Positions 5,670-6,008 of a DNA stretch of 6,008 bases are shown here, one piece after another. Each line of letters begins with the position of its first letter. Position 1 is the stretch's first letter. Made by a program: the position numbers and the translations under genes. The stretch is from Octopus sinensis (Eukaryota). The notes under the pieces are model-generated. The model did not search any database. It was not told where the DNA came from and saw nothing but the letters and a program-made list of their open reading frames with translations. The stretch covers positions 1-6,008 of the forward strand of contig NW_021829740.1 in NCBI RefSeq assembly GCF_006345805.1, in the 5' to 3' direction.

Positions 5670-5671
<2 letters not shown>

Positions 5672-5823
5672 TGTGTTTTGCTAGAAAGAAGCAGAAAAAC
5701 CGCGGTACGAGTTGTTAAAGTTATCGGTAAACTTTTTGATTTTCACTCTCGATAAATTCATCCCCTTTTTTGTGTTCCCAGCACTCGGCATCTTTATTTA
5801 GGAGCCCTTAATTGTATAACTAC

Positions 5824-5857
5824 ATGAATAATATTTTTCTATATGAATAATATTTTT
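5824..5857 (+). repeat. 15-bp direct repeat ATGAATAATATTTTT, period 19
   Basis: Copies at 5824-5838 and 5843-5857. Confidence 0.85.
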
Positions 5858-5923
5858 GTCTTATGACTAATTCGTCTTTTGGCTGGGCACCTGGTAGTAA
5901 ATAATATTACTACCCTTCTGTTT

Positions 5924-5959
5924 ATTATATATATATATATAATATATACACATATATAT
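5924..5959. repeat. Imperfect (TA)n microsatellite
   Basis: Direct reading. Confidence 0.88.
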
Positions 5960-6008
5960 TAAGACGTGTCTGTAAACGACAAACACATGTATCAGTTTAA
6001 CGCTCGGA

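Noticed and set aside
5893-5914. Helitron 3' hairpin or transcription terminator
   Set aside because: The stem is AT-rich, no CTRR terminus follows at the expected distance, and intrinsic terminators are irrelevant in this eukaryotic context.

Overview
Eukaryotic, AT-rich, repeat-saturated non-coding DNA (intron or intergenic), most likely from an octopus or other coleoid cephalopod. This origin rests on recalled octopus tRNA-derived SINE sequences (OK/OR1/OR2-type families) and was not confirmed by a search. The window holds long compound microsatellites, about nine SINE copies or fragments from several families, and a probable pogo/Tigger DNA-transposon end. It also holds a decayed fragment of a restriction-like-endonuclease (HERO-type) non-LTR retrotransposon, which becomes readable only after removing a SINE inserted into it with a perfect 10-bp target-site duplication. 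No intact protein-coding gene is supported: nearly all ORFs in the track come from microsatellites or repeats. One short unique stretch (2873-2994) is a weak terminal-exon candidate. I found no convincing new biological system. The best leads are the nested SINE-in-HERO fossil, 3'-tail swapping between SINEs, a possible 5'-inverted (twin-primed) SINE, a conserved SINE 3' stem-loop, and closely spaced inverted SINEs that could form dsRNA.
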